A model generated the notes under the pieces. The model ran no database searches. It was given only the letters and a program-made list of their open reading frames with translations, and was not told where the DNA came from. The position numbers and the translations under genes are program-made. Below, in pieces: positions 25,412-38,700 of a stretch of 64,000 nt of DNA (positions within the stretch are counted from its first letter, which is position 1; the number at the start of each line of letters is the position of its first letter). Source of the stretch: the human T2T-CHM13v2.0 reference genome, Homo sapiens; assembly GCF_009914755.1 (NCBI RefSeq), contig NC_060928.1. One strand, written 5' to 3'.

Positions 25412-25569
25412 TGGAGAATATCATAAATTAAGGGATTCTTTAGACCAGACACTTTGGGGTAAATGTGTCCAGTCCACTAAAAACTTCATTTATCCAACCA
25501 TAGAAAATTGACTTAATTTTGATTTTATATAAAAGAAAAGCATGTCTGTTATCTTCATTTGGATAAATA

Positions 25570-27300
25570 TGAATCATAGTATTACAGAAACAGTTAGAGT
25601 AGGTGTATGAATGGGTTTTGGGGTCAGACTTTGGGGAATCAAATCCTAGCCCTCCCACTTATCAGCTGAGTGACTTTGGCAAGTTATTCAGACCAGCTGT
25701 ACCTTAGTTTCTTCATCCATACAATGGAGAATATGATAATATTACTTCATGGGCTTGCTTTAAGATTTAAATAAAGTAATACATGCATGGTGCTTAGAAA
25801 AGTGTCTGGAATGTAGTAAATGTTAGTGAATATTTATCTTTGCAAAATTAGCAAAGGAAATTGTTAAAAGAGAGTAAGTTAGCCTAATGCCATATAAAGA
25901 TTTGAAAAGATGTTTCTATAGGAAAGCTTACCCAGAAAATCTGCAGCTTTGTTTCTTTGTAGACTATTGTTTTCAGGTTACTGAGCTCTAAGATTTTGAG
26001 TTAAGCAGCCTGTCCTGGTTCTAAAATGTTTGGGTATTCCTAAAGATTCTTAGTTTTACAACAGAGAGTGGGACTAGAGAACTTTATCTAATGCCATATT
26101 GTCACTTTAAATCCCTCTCATAACTCAACATAATAATCACTCTGATGGTTGACATTTACTGAGCACATGGTATGTGCTAGAAAATATTCTTAACATTTCA
26201 TAGGAATTAAATCATTTGATTGTCACCTAAGCCCTAAGAAGTAGATAGTATACAATCTTCATTTTATACAAAAGGAAATAAGACCCAGAAAGCTGAAGCA
26301 CCTTGTCCAATGCTGCACAAACTATTAAGAAGCAAGTCAGAGAGTCTAAGCCTTATCTCCTGATCTCAAGTACACACTGATGTTTCCACTAGGCAGGCTG
26401 TGAACATGGTGGTTGAGAGCAGTCCCTGAAGCCAGGCTGCTTTGGTTCAGTCTGGCTCCATAACATGTACAACATAGGTAGCTTAGGCAAATCACTTTAC
26501 TTCCCTGTGCCTCATCTCTACACTGGTGATGCAGAAAGCGGGAACTGAGTGCTAATGTTTGCCTCATGGAGTCATTGTGGGGATCAATAAGACCCTATGC
26601 AACATTTTAGCACATTGCTTTGCCTCCAGCAAATGCTCAAGCAGAGCTTCAAAGTTGGAATTGGTTTCCTTGGTAATAGGCTCTGCCTTTTAAATGTCTT
26701 CAAGAATAACAGAAAATTAATTCTAGCTGTTATGCCCAATCGCCTTCCCTGATATTGGCTCATAAACTCATGTTTGGTCCTCCACAGCCTTTCCATGCAT
26801 TTTCTTATTCACTCATTCATTCGTTCATTGTCTTATGTCTTCAATAAAACGTGTTGAGCCTCAGGCATGAGACAAATTCTGTCCCATAAATTCCTACAAC
26901 TGAACATCTGATCCCTATAAAAACCTTCCACGCAAATGGCACTATTGTTTCCATTTTCTGATGAGAAAATTGAGATTCAGAGACTCTAGATGACAACGGT
27001 AGTAGATGTGGTCCCAGGAAACAGGATATCCTGTCACCCAGTGAACATTCACACCACCCTTTCTGCTGTTGAATTGTGGAATGAGCATAGACTAAGCAAG
27101 CATAAGGTATGGCTAGGTTTGCTTTAGGCATCTGCCAGCCATTGACCTTCAATGGTATATTCACTCTAAGTCTCAGTTTCCTCATCTGTTAAGATAAAAA
27201 CAATTACAACTCCTTCTGTGGTTGTTGTGTGAATAACTCAATATATTTGCATGACTAGATGAGATTAGATGTCCAATAAATAGTTATTTCTGTGGTTACT
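25570..27300. mobile_element. Cluster of MIRs (+ ~25570-25840, - ~26140-26385, + ~26400-26645, - ~26930-27045, + ~27080-27300)
   Basis: Repeated MIR core motifs: tgactttggcaagttatt...cttagtttcttcatc, cattttatacaaaaggaaataagacccaga, tctcagtttcctcatctgt. Confidence 0.75.
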
Positions 27301-27811
27301 ATTTGTATTTATTTGTTAATTCCTTTGTAAATCTTAAAGTGTTATTTCTAATAAAGCACTAATATGCCCTTTGTATAGAAAGCTTCAGGGAAAACTTTTT
27401 GTATAGATTTTATTTTATTTTAATATAAATGATGAAAAGGTAGCCTGGAATATTTTACACATATGTTACAAAACCCCTGGGAATTTGCTGGAAAAAAAAG
27501 TCTTGAATCCAAAGCAGGTGGCTAGGCAGGACATATTAGTCTGTTTGAAGGGCTGGACTTCCCTCAAAAACTCACAAACTCAGGGAAACGTCCAAGGGAA
27601 CTGTGAGAAAACAGTAATTAATGACTACAAACTCTGTGCTCCCAGTCCTCGTCTTCTGTGGAGAGCCATAAAGAGATCAATTCCACATTTTAAATTCTTC
27701 ACCTAATTCGAAACCAACAGGAGCAAAGCCCCAATAGCACAGCGCTCCAGCTATAAGTCAAGAGTAGAAGACATTTTGTGTGCATTACCTCATCTTTTAT
27801 CCACAAACAAC

Positions 27812-28258
27812 TATTATGGGTTGAATTGTTTCTTCTAAAAATTCATATATTGAAGCTCAGTACCTCAGAATGTGACCTTATTTGGATACAGAATCCTTGT
27901 AGATGTAATTAGGTTAAGATTAGGGCATTAGGGTGGACGTTAATCCAATATGACTAGTGTCCTTTTAAAAAAGGGAAATTTGGACAGACATGCATACAGG
28001 GAGAACGTCATATGACAGTGAAGACAGAGATCCAGGTGATGCTTCTACAAGCCAAAGAATGCCAGAAATTGCCAGCAACCACCAAATGTAGGAGAAAAGC
28101 ATAGAGCAGATTCTCCCTCATAGCCCATGAAGGAAGCAACCCTGATGACAATCTGACCTTAGACTTCCAGCTTCCAAAACTGTGAGACAATACATTTTCT
28201 TTATTTAAGCCACCGAGTTTATGATACTTTCTTATGACATTTCTAGCAAACTAATATA
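27812..28258 (+). mobile_element. MLT1B/C MaLR solo LTR inserted in a MIR
   Basis: tattatgggttgaattgt...cagaatgtgaccttatttgga...ctagcaaactaatata; perfect TSD ACAAC 27807-27811/28259-28263. Confidence 0.92.
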
Positions 28259-28599
28259 ACAACCCAAAGAGTGAGATATTCCACACTTTTAAAAACTCAT
28301 CATTAGAAAATCTGATTTTCTTGCCTAAGGAACCACAGCTAGTGATTGGCGAATTTAGTGGAACAGACTTATTCCAAAGTTCACGGTGTTGGGCTATGTA
28401 GGTTCCATTTTTCACTTTCTTTCTAATTTTTATGAAGAGAAAGGAAGCCCCTCATAATGATTTTGTACTGAGTAGCTGAACTTTCTCAGAAACCATGTCT
28501 GCTTTATGGGATGCTCATTTATGCCAACAAAGACTATTGGCTTGCCCAATGAGAAACAATGTAACACTTCAATAATAATGACAAATATTTAAATTGTAT

Positions 28600-29040
28600 T
28601 TCACAGTACTTCCTGATGTTGGTTCAGGTTTTCACAGGAGCCCGTGTGAACAGACACAGGCATTGCTAATCTCAGATGAGGAACACAACTGAAAAGGCTG
28701 CGGGATTTGCCAAGTTCAAACAGTGAGCATGTGGCCACGCCAGAACTGGAACCAAGAGTTCCCAGTCCACTGTGTTGTTCTCCTGTCATAAACACAAGCC
28801 TTACTTGCTTCTTCTGCATCTGATACATCTGTTCCTTACCTGGAACACAGAAAAAGCCCTTGATAGTCACAGGATCCTATTCGAAAAAGCATGGCTTTAG
28901 GAGTTGAGCTGATATGCGTTCAATTCTCAGAATTTATCAGACCCTAAGTCTATTTCACTGTAAAGCAGATTGTTGTGAGTATTACTGATGTAAGCTATAA
29001 AGAGTGACCCACAGAAAATTCTGCTGAACTAGTTGTATTA
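28600..29040. mobile_element. Two MIR relics
   Basis: cagatgaggaacacaactga...ttgccaagttcaaacag...gaactggaaccaag; gcatggctttaggagt...gttcaattctcag. Confidence 0.6.
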
Positions 29041-30980
29041 TTTTTTAAAATACCTGGCCTGATTCTACCTCCACCATTTATTAGGGGTGCCATTTTGAGC
29101 TTACTAAACCTTCCTTTGCTTGCTTGTTAATTAAGGTGGTCGTACAGCAATGAATGCAATAACACTTTCAAGATTTCCAGTTCTACAAATGCAAGGAATT
29201 CATTTTAAGGAACATGAAGATATATAAATAGTTACCGTAACATAGAAGGCATTAAGTAACTATTTGCTTGCTGAATAAGAATGGGCTATACCCCACACCA
29301 CTCCCCAAATTCAAAAGAACCAGTCATAATGGATACAAAAAGATGTTACCCAGACAGTGTTTGCAAGTGTGAGAAAAGGGAGGGAGTAAGTCCACTTGCT
29401 CTTGAAAACTGGAAATCACAACCACTACACCTTGATCAAGAAGAGCATCTCATGCCTGAGGTTTAAGTTTACCTAAAATCCAAATGTTTCACTGAAAAAA
29501 AAAAAAAACCCTCTGGGCAATTCCTTTTAAGTTAACTGTGAATTTCATTTTAAATCCCTTCATCCCCAGGCTTAATATTATTACAAATAAAACATGTTTT
29601 AACCCATGTTCCTATAAAATATTTTTTAGTAACACATATATGGATTTGTCTCAGAGGAATTCTAATAAACATATTGAAATCTACGTCAAATCTTGGTTTG
29701 ATGTCTGATAACTGTGAATGCAAGGAAAACCTATCTCAAAGTTTCCCTTTAGAAATCAACCTCAAATAACCACTCAGTGTTCAAAGTCAATTCCTATTAA
29801 TGCTTGTACATATGGTATTAATTCCACATTAATTCTGTCAAAAGTGATATCATAGTTAGAAGTTCCAAATGATGACATCACTAAAACAACTTGCTTTTCA
29901 TGAGTGTGGGACCAGTCAGTGCCAAAATCCAATTCAATCTATTCATCTGTCTATTCTGACAAGTTCAGTTTAATTAGTTCATGGCCTCATAACGAACAAG
30001 AGACTGGTTTTCTGTCCAATTTCCAGAGCCATTTCTATTCTCTTCAACTTAAGTGCCAAATGCTTACGCTGCTTTGCCCAATTTATACCTTTGCCTATAA
30101 TTACTGGTCCCCAAGGTGTGATTGTCCTTTTTCATAAGAGTTTGTGCAGCTGCCAACATGAAGTTGTAAATAAATTGTAATACCGTTGCTATGAGGTGTA
30201 AAAATCCCACAGCTCATATCCAGAGCCTTGTATAATAAACTCAAGTAAACATTCCATTTCCTGCAAGTGATTGTGGTCTGTGACTAGATTTAGAAAACAG
30301 GGCAGTAAGTCATCTTTCTTTAATGAGTCGTTGAAAACAAAGTCGTATCCCATGAAACCAAAACCTGTCCTTGACAAAAACAAATAGCTTATTTGTAAAA
30401 GACCCTCCAAGGGGGGGTCAGGTTTTTCTGCAGTTTATGATCTGAGATTCATTTTTGCTATCACGAAGTGCTGAAACAATAGCAACCCCACTCTCCCAAC
30501 AGCACCCACTGCCAATGAAGTGCGAGAGACTGGTTTTCTAACTAGAGAGGCAAGGAGCTATTGGAGGAAAAAATTAGAAAATCAAATGTAGAGAGATCAG
30601 GTTTGAGGACTTGGTCTTCTATTTACCAGCTATTTATAACCGCTGTGCCTCAGTATCTTCAGTTGTATCTTAGGGAGAATGATGCCTACCAAACAGCATT
30701 GGTGTGATCACAAAACAGGATAATTAAATATAAAGTACCCTGCAACAGTGCTTTCCAACAGTAGACAACACAGAAAATAGTCATTTCTCCCTCCTTTATC
30801 TTTGTGATAGACAGCAAATCTGCATTTTTTGGTTTCCACTGGACCAGTGCTGAGCCTACTGTGTGGAATGCGCTTCACTAAAGAGCAAGCCATATTTTTC
30901 TTGCGTCACTGTTCTTACAACCCTTAATAATGCTATCTTTTTAAATGGCCTCATCTATGAAAGGTGATTGAAACTTCTAA

Positions 30981-31374
<394 letters not shown>

Positions 31375-31455
31375 CCAATGATTACTTTCTTAAGTTGAAT
31401 TTAAGAAAATTAGAAGCTTCATGTCAGACTTAGATACACCATGAGTTCAACTTCT

Positions 31456-31584
31456 CTTTTTCTTTGTAGGGACAAGTTCTCACTAGGTTGCCCAGGCTGC
31501 TCTTGACCTCCTGGCTTCAAGAAATCGTCCTACCTCAGCCTCCCAGAATGTTGGGGTTAGAGGGGTGAGCCACTGTGCCAGGCC
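31456..31584 (-). mobile_element. FLAM (free left Alu monomer)
   Basis: Single monomer: ctcactaggttgcccaggctg...cctcagcctcccagaatgttgggg...gagccactgtgccaggcc. Confidence 0.85.
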
Positions 31585-31719
31585 TCAAATTTAATATAAA
31601 GCTGCACAATTTTACACTTGAACCAATTAGGTCAAGAGGTAATCATTGTGTGCCCAACAGCAGCCCAGTTCTTATTGTGGAAAATTAAATCAATCAAGAC
31701 CAAAAATTCTTGCCTGTAT

Positions 31720-32075
31720 GTGGCAAAGACCATTAATCCTACCAAATATACATGGTTTCTCCAGCATCTCCCAGCCTCCCTTGCAGTTAGCTTGGCGCCA
31801 TTTGACTGGCTCTGGTCAATGGACCCTAATCAGAAATGATGTGTATTACTTTCAGTTAAAGGAAGTTGAGAGTCTACATGCTTCCTTCATCTCTCTCTTC
31901 TCCCGCTACGGAGAACCCGGAAAACATGTACCGGGTGATGTAATACCAGATGGAGTAGAGCAAGTTCACCTTCATAGAATTATGTGCCAGTAAGAGATTA
32001 AATATTGCAATATGATATTAATATTAAGGATGTGGGGGTTGTCTGCTACAAAGAGTCTTTTGTGTTCATGACCTA
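31720..32075 (+). mobile_element. LTR16-like ancient ERVL LTR
   Basis: catctcccagcctcccttgcagttag...ccatttgactggctctggtcaatgg...agaaatgatgtgt. Confidence 0.65.
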
Positions 32076-32397
32076 TACCTTTCTATGAGACCACACTTCA
32101 GAGTTCGCTTTGCTTTGTGTTCTAAAAAGGTTTTCCCCAGATTTCTAGCCTTTGCCCATCCCTTGGTATAATTGGGGAAACATTCATGGTCCTCACTTGA
32201 ACAGAGGTCCCTCCCACCTCCCCATTAGGTTGTGCTTGGGCTTCCAATGGGTAGTTCCCATGTATAATTGCCATGAAATATTCACCAGAAAAGTCATCAT
32301 TTTGGTGACCATAGCTTCCTCAAATGAGCACCACTTTCACTTCTAGTGGGTCTTTCCATATCTACTGGGCATCATGTTTGCCCAAGGCCTTGATGTC

Positions 32398-32843
32398 TAT
32401 ATTAACTTCCTATGGCTGCTGTAAAAATATGACCATAAATTGGGTGACTTAAAACAATCAGAATTTATGTTCTCACAATTTTGGAGGGCAGAAGTCCAAA
32501 ATCAAGGTGTCCTTGGGGCTGTGCTCCCTCTGGGGTTCCAGAGAAGAATCCTTCCTTGCCTTTTCAGCTCTGGTAGCTGCTAGAATTCCCCCACTTCCTT
32601 GCCTTCTATTTCTGTCCTCATCCTCACATTGCCTTCTCTTCTATATGTGTTTTTGTAAAAAAAAAAAAACTTCATCTGTGGATTTGGGGACAATTCTGAT
32701 AATTCAGGATGATGTCTTGATTTCAAGATCCCTAATGTAGTTACATTTGCAAGAACCCTTTTTCCAAATAAGGCAACATTCACAGGTTCCAGGAATTAGA
32801 ACTTAGACATATCTTTTTGGAGACTATTTTTAGGCGTGGTACA
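32398..32843 (-). mobile_element. MLT1C MaLR solo LTR
   Basis: cctatggctgctgtaa...ggagggcagaagtccaaaatcaaggtgtc...tttccaaataagg; perfect TSD ATGTC 32393-32397/32844-32848. Confidence 0.92.
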
Positions 32844-33789
32844 ATGTCCTCTGCTAATGTAACAACCAGAATTCTGCTCGCATTTATGTTACCCTCCAAC
32901 AGCAGGTTCTAAAGCAGAGTTGCCTTGTTCTCCAATGTCTCAGGGTTTTAGTTACAGATGGGATGAAAAGGTTCTTTTAGTTTCTTACTAGCAGCTTCCA
33001 TTTCTCTAAGACTCAGACATAGGCCATGAACAGACTGATCTGCAGAACTTCATTAGACTGATTGCTATGCGTTTGTCGTCAAGCCAAAATTTTCTATGGG
33101 AAGAACATTTCCTTCCCTTGAAGATACCTCAGTCCCTCATTTATGAAAATTTCTGGCCATCTCACCTAGAAGTTCCCTAGCATATCACCACGACTTTGAT
33201 TTCTAAAAATATTCAAATATAGGCTCAAACCTGGATTCAAGCTACAGTTAGATATTTTGCATCTCTCAGTCCCATAACACTCAGATCCTTGTAACCAGAG
33301 ACTTACTGATCATTCTTTTCTTACACTGAATTGGCAAGCTAGTAATGTAACATATCAAAACAAAACCACACATTAAATCATCATCAATAAGAATATCCTG
33401 AATTATGAGTAGGACTATATAATTATAATAAATTAAAATAGAAAAAAGAATTCAAATCATGTCATTAAGCCTCTTATTTTATAGAAGAGAAAGCTGAGAT
33501 CCTCCAAATGATGTTACTTATTCAAGATCACCCAGTAATTCAATTATGACTCACAAATACCATTTTATTTGTTGGAAATGTTCAACAACATTGACTCCTG
33601 GTTAGAAAAGCTAGATTTTAACCCTGACACTAATTGCTGGAAAATCTTCTAAGTCATATGGCTTCTTTCAGCCTTAGCTTCTTCTCTTAGAAATAATACC
33701 AAAAAGGAAATTGATGCCACCCTCTGACCACCTGTGCAGCTCATGTAACATAATATGGGTAAAAAATATCTTGTAAACATTTTCTTACA

Positions 33790-34190
33790 TGCCTAGCTAG
33801 AATGAGCTCCTTGAGAGCAGACAGCATGACTCGCCCCTGGTCCAACCTATAGCTCAGTAACTGACACATGAATGGTGTTCAGGGAATGCTGAGCCAATGA
33901 TCATGTTAATCAATTAATTAATGAAAGCAGAAAGTGTTATTAACCTCAAATAAAGTGAGAATGTATAAAAATAGGGATTAAGAGCAGAGACTCTGGAACA
34001 TGACTTCCTGGGTTCAAATCCTAGCTCCAACACTCATGATCTATGCCACATAGGACAAATTACCTAACCTGTCTGTGTCTCAGTTTTTCTTCTCTAAAGG
34101 GGAAAGAATACAGGTAGTCACCACATAGAGTTAAGATGACAATCAAATGATACAGAGTCTGACACAAAGAGACTATCAATATATATTTTC
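33790..34190 (+). mobile_element. L2 3' end (~33790-33930) followed by MIR (~33965-34190)
   Basis: ctagaatgagctccttgagagcag...; ttaagagcagagactctgga...ctgggttcaaatcctagctcc...tctcagttt. Confidence 0.7.
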
Positions 34191-35010
34191 TTTAAAACTT
34201 TAATGCCTATAACTTTTCTGGAATATGTTCTAGTACAGCTTCCCTTTGTTTGTGTTTTCAATCTGATTCTGGTGCTTTGCCATTATCATGAGTTTCCATA
34301 TGTTTTATCTCTTTTCAAATTATTAAAGAGAGTGAAGATTATAGAAATCTTTGTATTAGCTTATGAATGCTCACAGTAACCAAAAGCACACAGAAAGCCA
34401 AGAATACATCAGATTACATCATGTTTCATCAAAGCAGTGCTCTGATACTTCAGAAAACTTCAGCTTTGAAAGAAGATGCCAAAGTATCAGGCACATCACA
34501 AATGAGATTTTCATAAACTCACCCAGGAGTGATATGATTTAACCTGTGGTTCTTACTTGGCCCCCTTTAGGAATAGCATTGTCTATTTGATCTGCCCTGA
34601 ACGCTAATAATACCCTAATTGTATTGGCAGCAAAGTACTGTATGTTTATAACCTAAAGCTACTACCATGACTGGAGAGGGTGACTCACACCTCCCCACCT
34701 CTCTCTTGCTTGCCCCTTTCCTGGCATGTTGTGCACCCACATCTTCATCCATCTAACTTAGATATATCTTCAAAACTCAACACGGGTTCCCTGTCACTTC
34801 AAAAAATTCTTCTCTACTCATGCCTCCACCACACACTCAGTTATGGTATCCCTAAAGAAAGAAGCCAAGTCTCATGGATGTTTGTATCTGCAGTCAAATA
34901 TCACAGTGTTGCTATGTTGCAGGCACTCAGAAATGTGTTATAGAATAAAGCACAGACCCACAAAAATGAGACTTTCAGTTAGCCTTGATTGGTTGTCTTA
35001 AGAAGTCCCT

Positions 35011-35337
35011 ATTATTATTATTATTATTTTATTATTTTGTTTCTTTATTTATTTATTTGAGATGGAGTCTCACTCTGTCACCCAGGCTGGAGTGCAGTGG
35101 CGCGATCTTGGCTCACTGCAACCTCCACCTCCCCGGTTCAAGCAATTCTCTGCCTCAGCCTCCTGAGTAGCTGGGATTACAGACGCCCGCCACCATGCCC
35201 AGCTACTTTTTGTATTTTTAGTAGAGATGGGGTTTCACCATCTTGGCCAGGCTGGTCTTGAACTCCTGACCTCCTGATCCACCAGCCTCGGCCTCTCAAA
35301 GTGCTGGGATTAGAGTCGTGAGCCACCGCACCCAGCC
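35011..35337 (-). mobile_element. AluS (Sg-like)
   Basis: Full dimer with (TTA)n/(TTTA)n tail; imperfect TSD ga(a/g)gtccc. Confidence 0.93.
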
Positions 35338-35421
35338 TGAGGTCCCAAATTTTTTTAAAGAAAAATACGTCACATAAGAACTTGAAATTTTTTTAAAAAA
35401 TCTTTATTTGGGCAAGATAGG

Positions 35422-35778
35422 TGTATCAGTCCATTTTCACACCACTAAAAAGAACTGCCTGAGACTGCATAATTTATAAAGGAAAGAGGTTTAATCGACT
35501 CACAGTTCAGCATAGCTGGGAGGCCTCAGGAAACTTACAATCATGGCGGAAGGTGAAGGGGAAGCAAGGCACCTTCTTCACAAGGTGGCAGGAAGGACAA
35601 TGAATGCAGGAGGAAATACCACTTTTCACATCTCTTGAGAACTATCAGGAGAACAGCATGGGGGAAACTGCCTCCATGATTCAATTACCTCCACCTGGTC
35701 TCTCCCTTGACATATGGGGATTATGGGGATTATAATTCAAGATGAGATTTTGGTTTGGGACACAGCCAAACCATATCA
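35422..35778 (-). mobile_element. THE1D-like solo LTR
   Basis: tgtatcagtccattttcacac...gaggcctcaggaaacttacaatcatggcggaagg...acacagccaaaccatatca. Confidence 0.92.
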
Positions 35779-38700
35779 GTGGCGGAGCAGAAGACCCCAG
35801 CCTTTGACCCCCATAAGGAAGATATCAGGAACCCAGTTAAGAAGCTGTAGTAACACAATAGAGCCAAACACCCCAGGGTAACTACACAATAAAATGATAG
35901 ATAGTAAAGTTTAGTTTTGCCTGCATCTTTCTGTCCCCCAGGTCAGAGCTGCTCAGCAGTAAGAGAGAACTCCCCTGCCCTTGATTTCTCCTGGTAGGGA
36001 AAAGGAGAGCAGGGTGAACAATCAGCTTTTCCAGCCTTTCAGGAACTGACCAAGGTTCCCCTTCTGTTTCATGTCACCAAGAACATCAAGACTAATGGCA
36101 TAGCTGAGGTGTCTGGAGACAGGTTGGAACAAAGAAGGGAGGGAGCTGTCACTATTAACCAGTGGTGGAAACCACAGTGGTCTCCAATGACCTGCTCTAC
36201 AGAGGACTCCTGAAACCTTTTCTGTCGAGGTCCTCAACAGTCTGTGCAACCACAGCAGACCCCCTAGAGCTTTCACTGTTGATGATCCCACAGTGTTTGC
36301 AGCCATGGACCCCAGTAGCCTGCTCCATACAGGACCCTAGCAGCATTCATCACTGAGGAAACCAGCAGCCAGCACAGTTACCATGGACTCCCCACAGTCT
36401 CACTGCTAAGAGTCCCACAGTTTTTCATCTTCACAGACACTAGTTGCCTGAGCCACCACCCACTCTCACTTCTCGTACTAGAGTCATCCTAGTTGTCACC
36501 AAAAATGATGGCCCAGCCCCAGGACTGAGCTCAGTCATTGTGGACATGCTTGCAGATGGCTCAAACCCCTGTCATTGGCTCCAACATCCACTGCTGCATG
36601 TACACCTGTAGTTGACCCCACAGCCATAGGCATGCATGCAGTTAACTGCAAGCTCTGCTGCCAGCTCCCACTGCCTCACATCAGTGACATCCAAAACTTA
36701 AAATGCTGGCAAAGAGGAGCAAGTAGCTGAAGTGCAGTTTTTGTATGTAATAGGAGCTAAAGTTGTTATCAGCTTTAAATAGACTGTTATATCTATAAAA
36801 TATTTTATGTAAACCTCATGATAACCACAAAGCAAAAGTTTATAATAGATAAACAAAAGATAAGGAAATCAAAGCATGTCACTACAGAAAATTATCAAAT
36901 CATAAAGGACAACAGTAAGGGAGGAAGAAAGAAACAACGGATCTACAAAACAGTGACAGAATACATTAACAGAATGGCAATAATAAGTCCTTACCAATCA
37001 ATAGTTCCTTTAAATGTAAGCAGACTAAATTATTAAATGAAAGACATAGAGTGGCTGAATAAATACAGGAAATAAACAAGACCCAACTTCATGCTGCCTG
37101 CATGAGGACACACATTAACTGAAAGTGGAGGAATGGAAAAAGATACATCACTAAAATAAAAACCAAAAGATAACAGCAGTAACTATACTCATATTACATA
37201 GAATAGACTTTAAGTCAAAAGCTGTAACAACTAAAAAAGAAGTTTACTATATAATGATAAACAGGCCAATTAATCAAGAGGCTATAACAATTGTATTTCT
37301 ATTCACCCAATATCAGAGCACTTAATATAAATGTAAACAAAGTATCAACAGATCTGAAGAGAGTAATATACAGCAATACAATGATAGTAGGGACTTCAAT
37401 ACTACATTGTCAGCAATGAATAGATCATTCAGACAGAGTATCAAAGAGAATCAGTGGAATTGAAAAACCTATAGACCAAAGGGACCTAAGCAATAGACAT
37501 AGAACATTCAATCTGAGAACAGCAAACCACACATTTTTCTCAAATATACACAAAACATTCTCCAGAATAGAGCATATGTTTGGGCACAAAACAAGTATTA
37601 ATAACTTTTAAAAGATTATTATTGTATCAAGCATCTTTTCTTACCACAATGGTATGAAACTAGAAATCAATAACAAGGGGAAAACTCAAAAATTCACAAA
37701 TGCATGAAAATTAAACAACACCTTTCTAAACAATCAATGGGCCAAACAATAAAATCAAAAGGGAAATAAAAAAGCTTTAGACAAATAAAAATGAAAATGC
37801 AACATACCAAAACTCATGAGATGCAGCAAAAACAGTTACAAGAAGTTTTAATGATAAACATCTACTGGTTTTAAAAACAAATATCCCAAACAAGCAAGTT
37901 AACTTTACACCTCAAAGAACTAGGAAAAGAAGACCAAAGTAAGCTGAATTTTAATAGAAGGAAGGAAATAATAAAGTTATAAATATCAGAGCAGAAATAA
38001 AATAGAGTCTAAAAAAATAAAAAAGATCAATAAAACTAGGAGGTGGTTTTTTGAAAAGAAACAAAATTGACAAGTCTTTAGCTACTCTGAAAAAAAGAAA
38101 GGAGATCCAAATAAAATCAGAAATGAAAGAGGAGGCATTACAACTGATGTCACAGAAGTACAAAGGATTATAAGAGACTACTATGAACAGTTATACACCA
38201 ATGATTTGGATAACCTAGAAGAAATAGATATATTCCTAGAAATATAAAACCTCTGAAGACTAAATTATGAAAAAATAAACAATTGGAACAGATCAATAAT
38301 GAGTAAGGAGATTCCATTAGGAATCCAAAATATCCCAATAAAGAAAATTCCAGTACCAGATGGCTTCACTGAAAAATTCTACCAAACAGGTAAAGAATAA
38401 TTTGTATCAATCCTTCTTTAACTCTTCCAAAAAAAAAATGAAGAGGAAGAAACACTTCCAGACTCATTTGACAAGGCCAGTATTACACTGATCCAAAACC
38501 ACCAGACAAGGATGATACATGAAAATAAAATTACAGGCCAATATCCCTGATGAAGACAGACGTAAAAACTCTCAACAAAATACTAGCAAATCAAATTCAG
38601 TAGCACATTAAAAGGATTATACACCATGATAAGTGGAATTTTTGCTAGGATGCAAAGATGGCTCAACATATGGAAATCAATAAATATAATACAACATATT

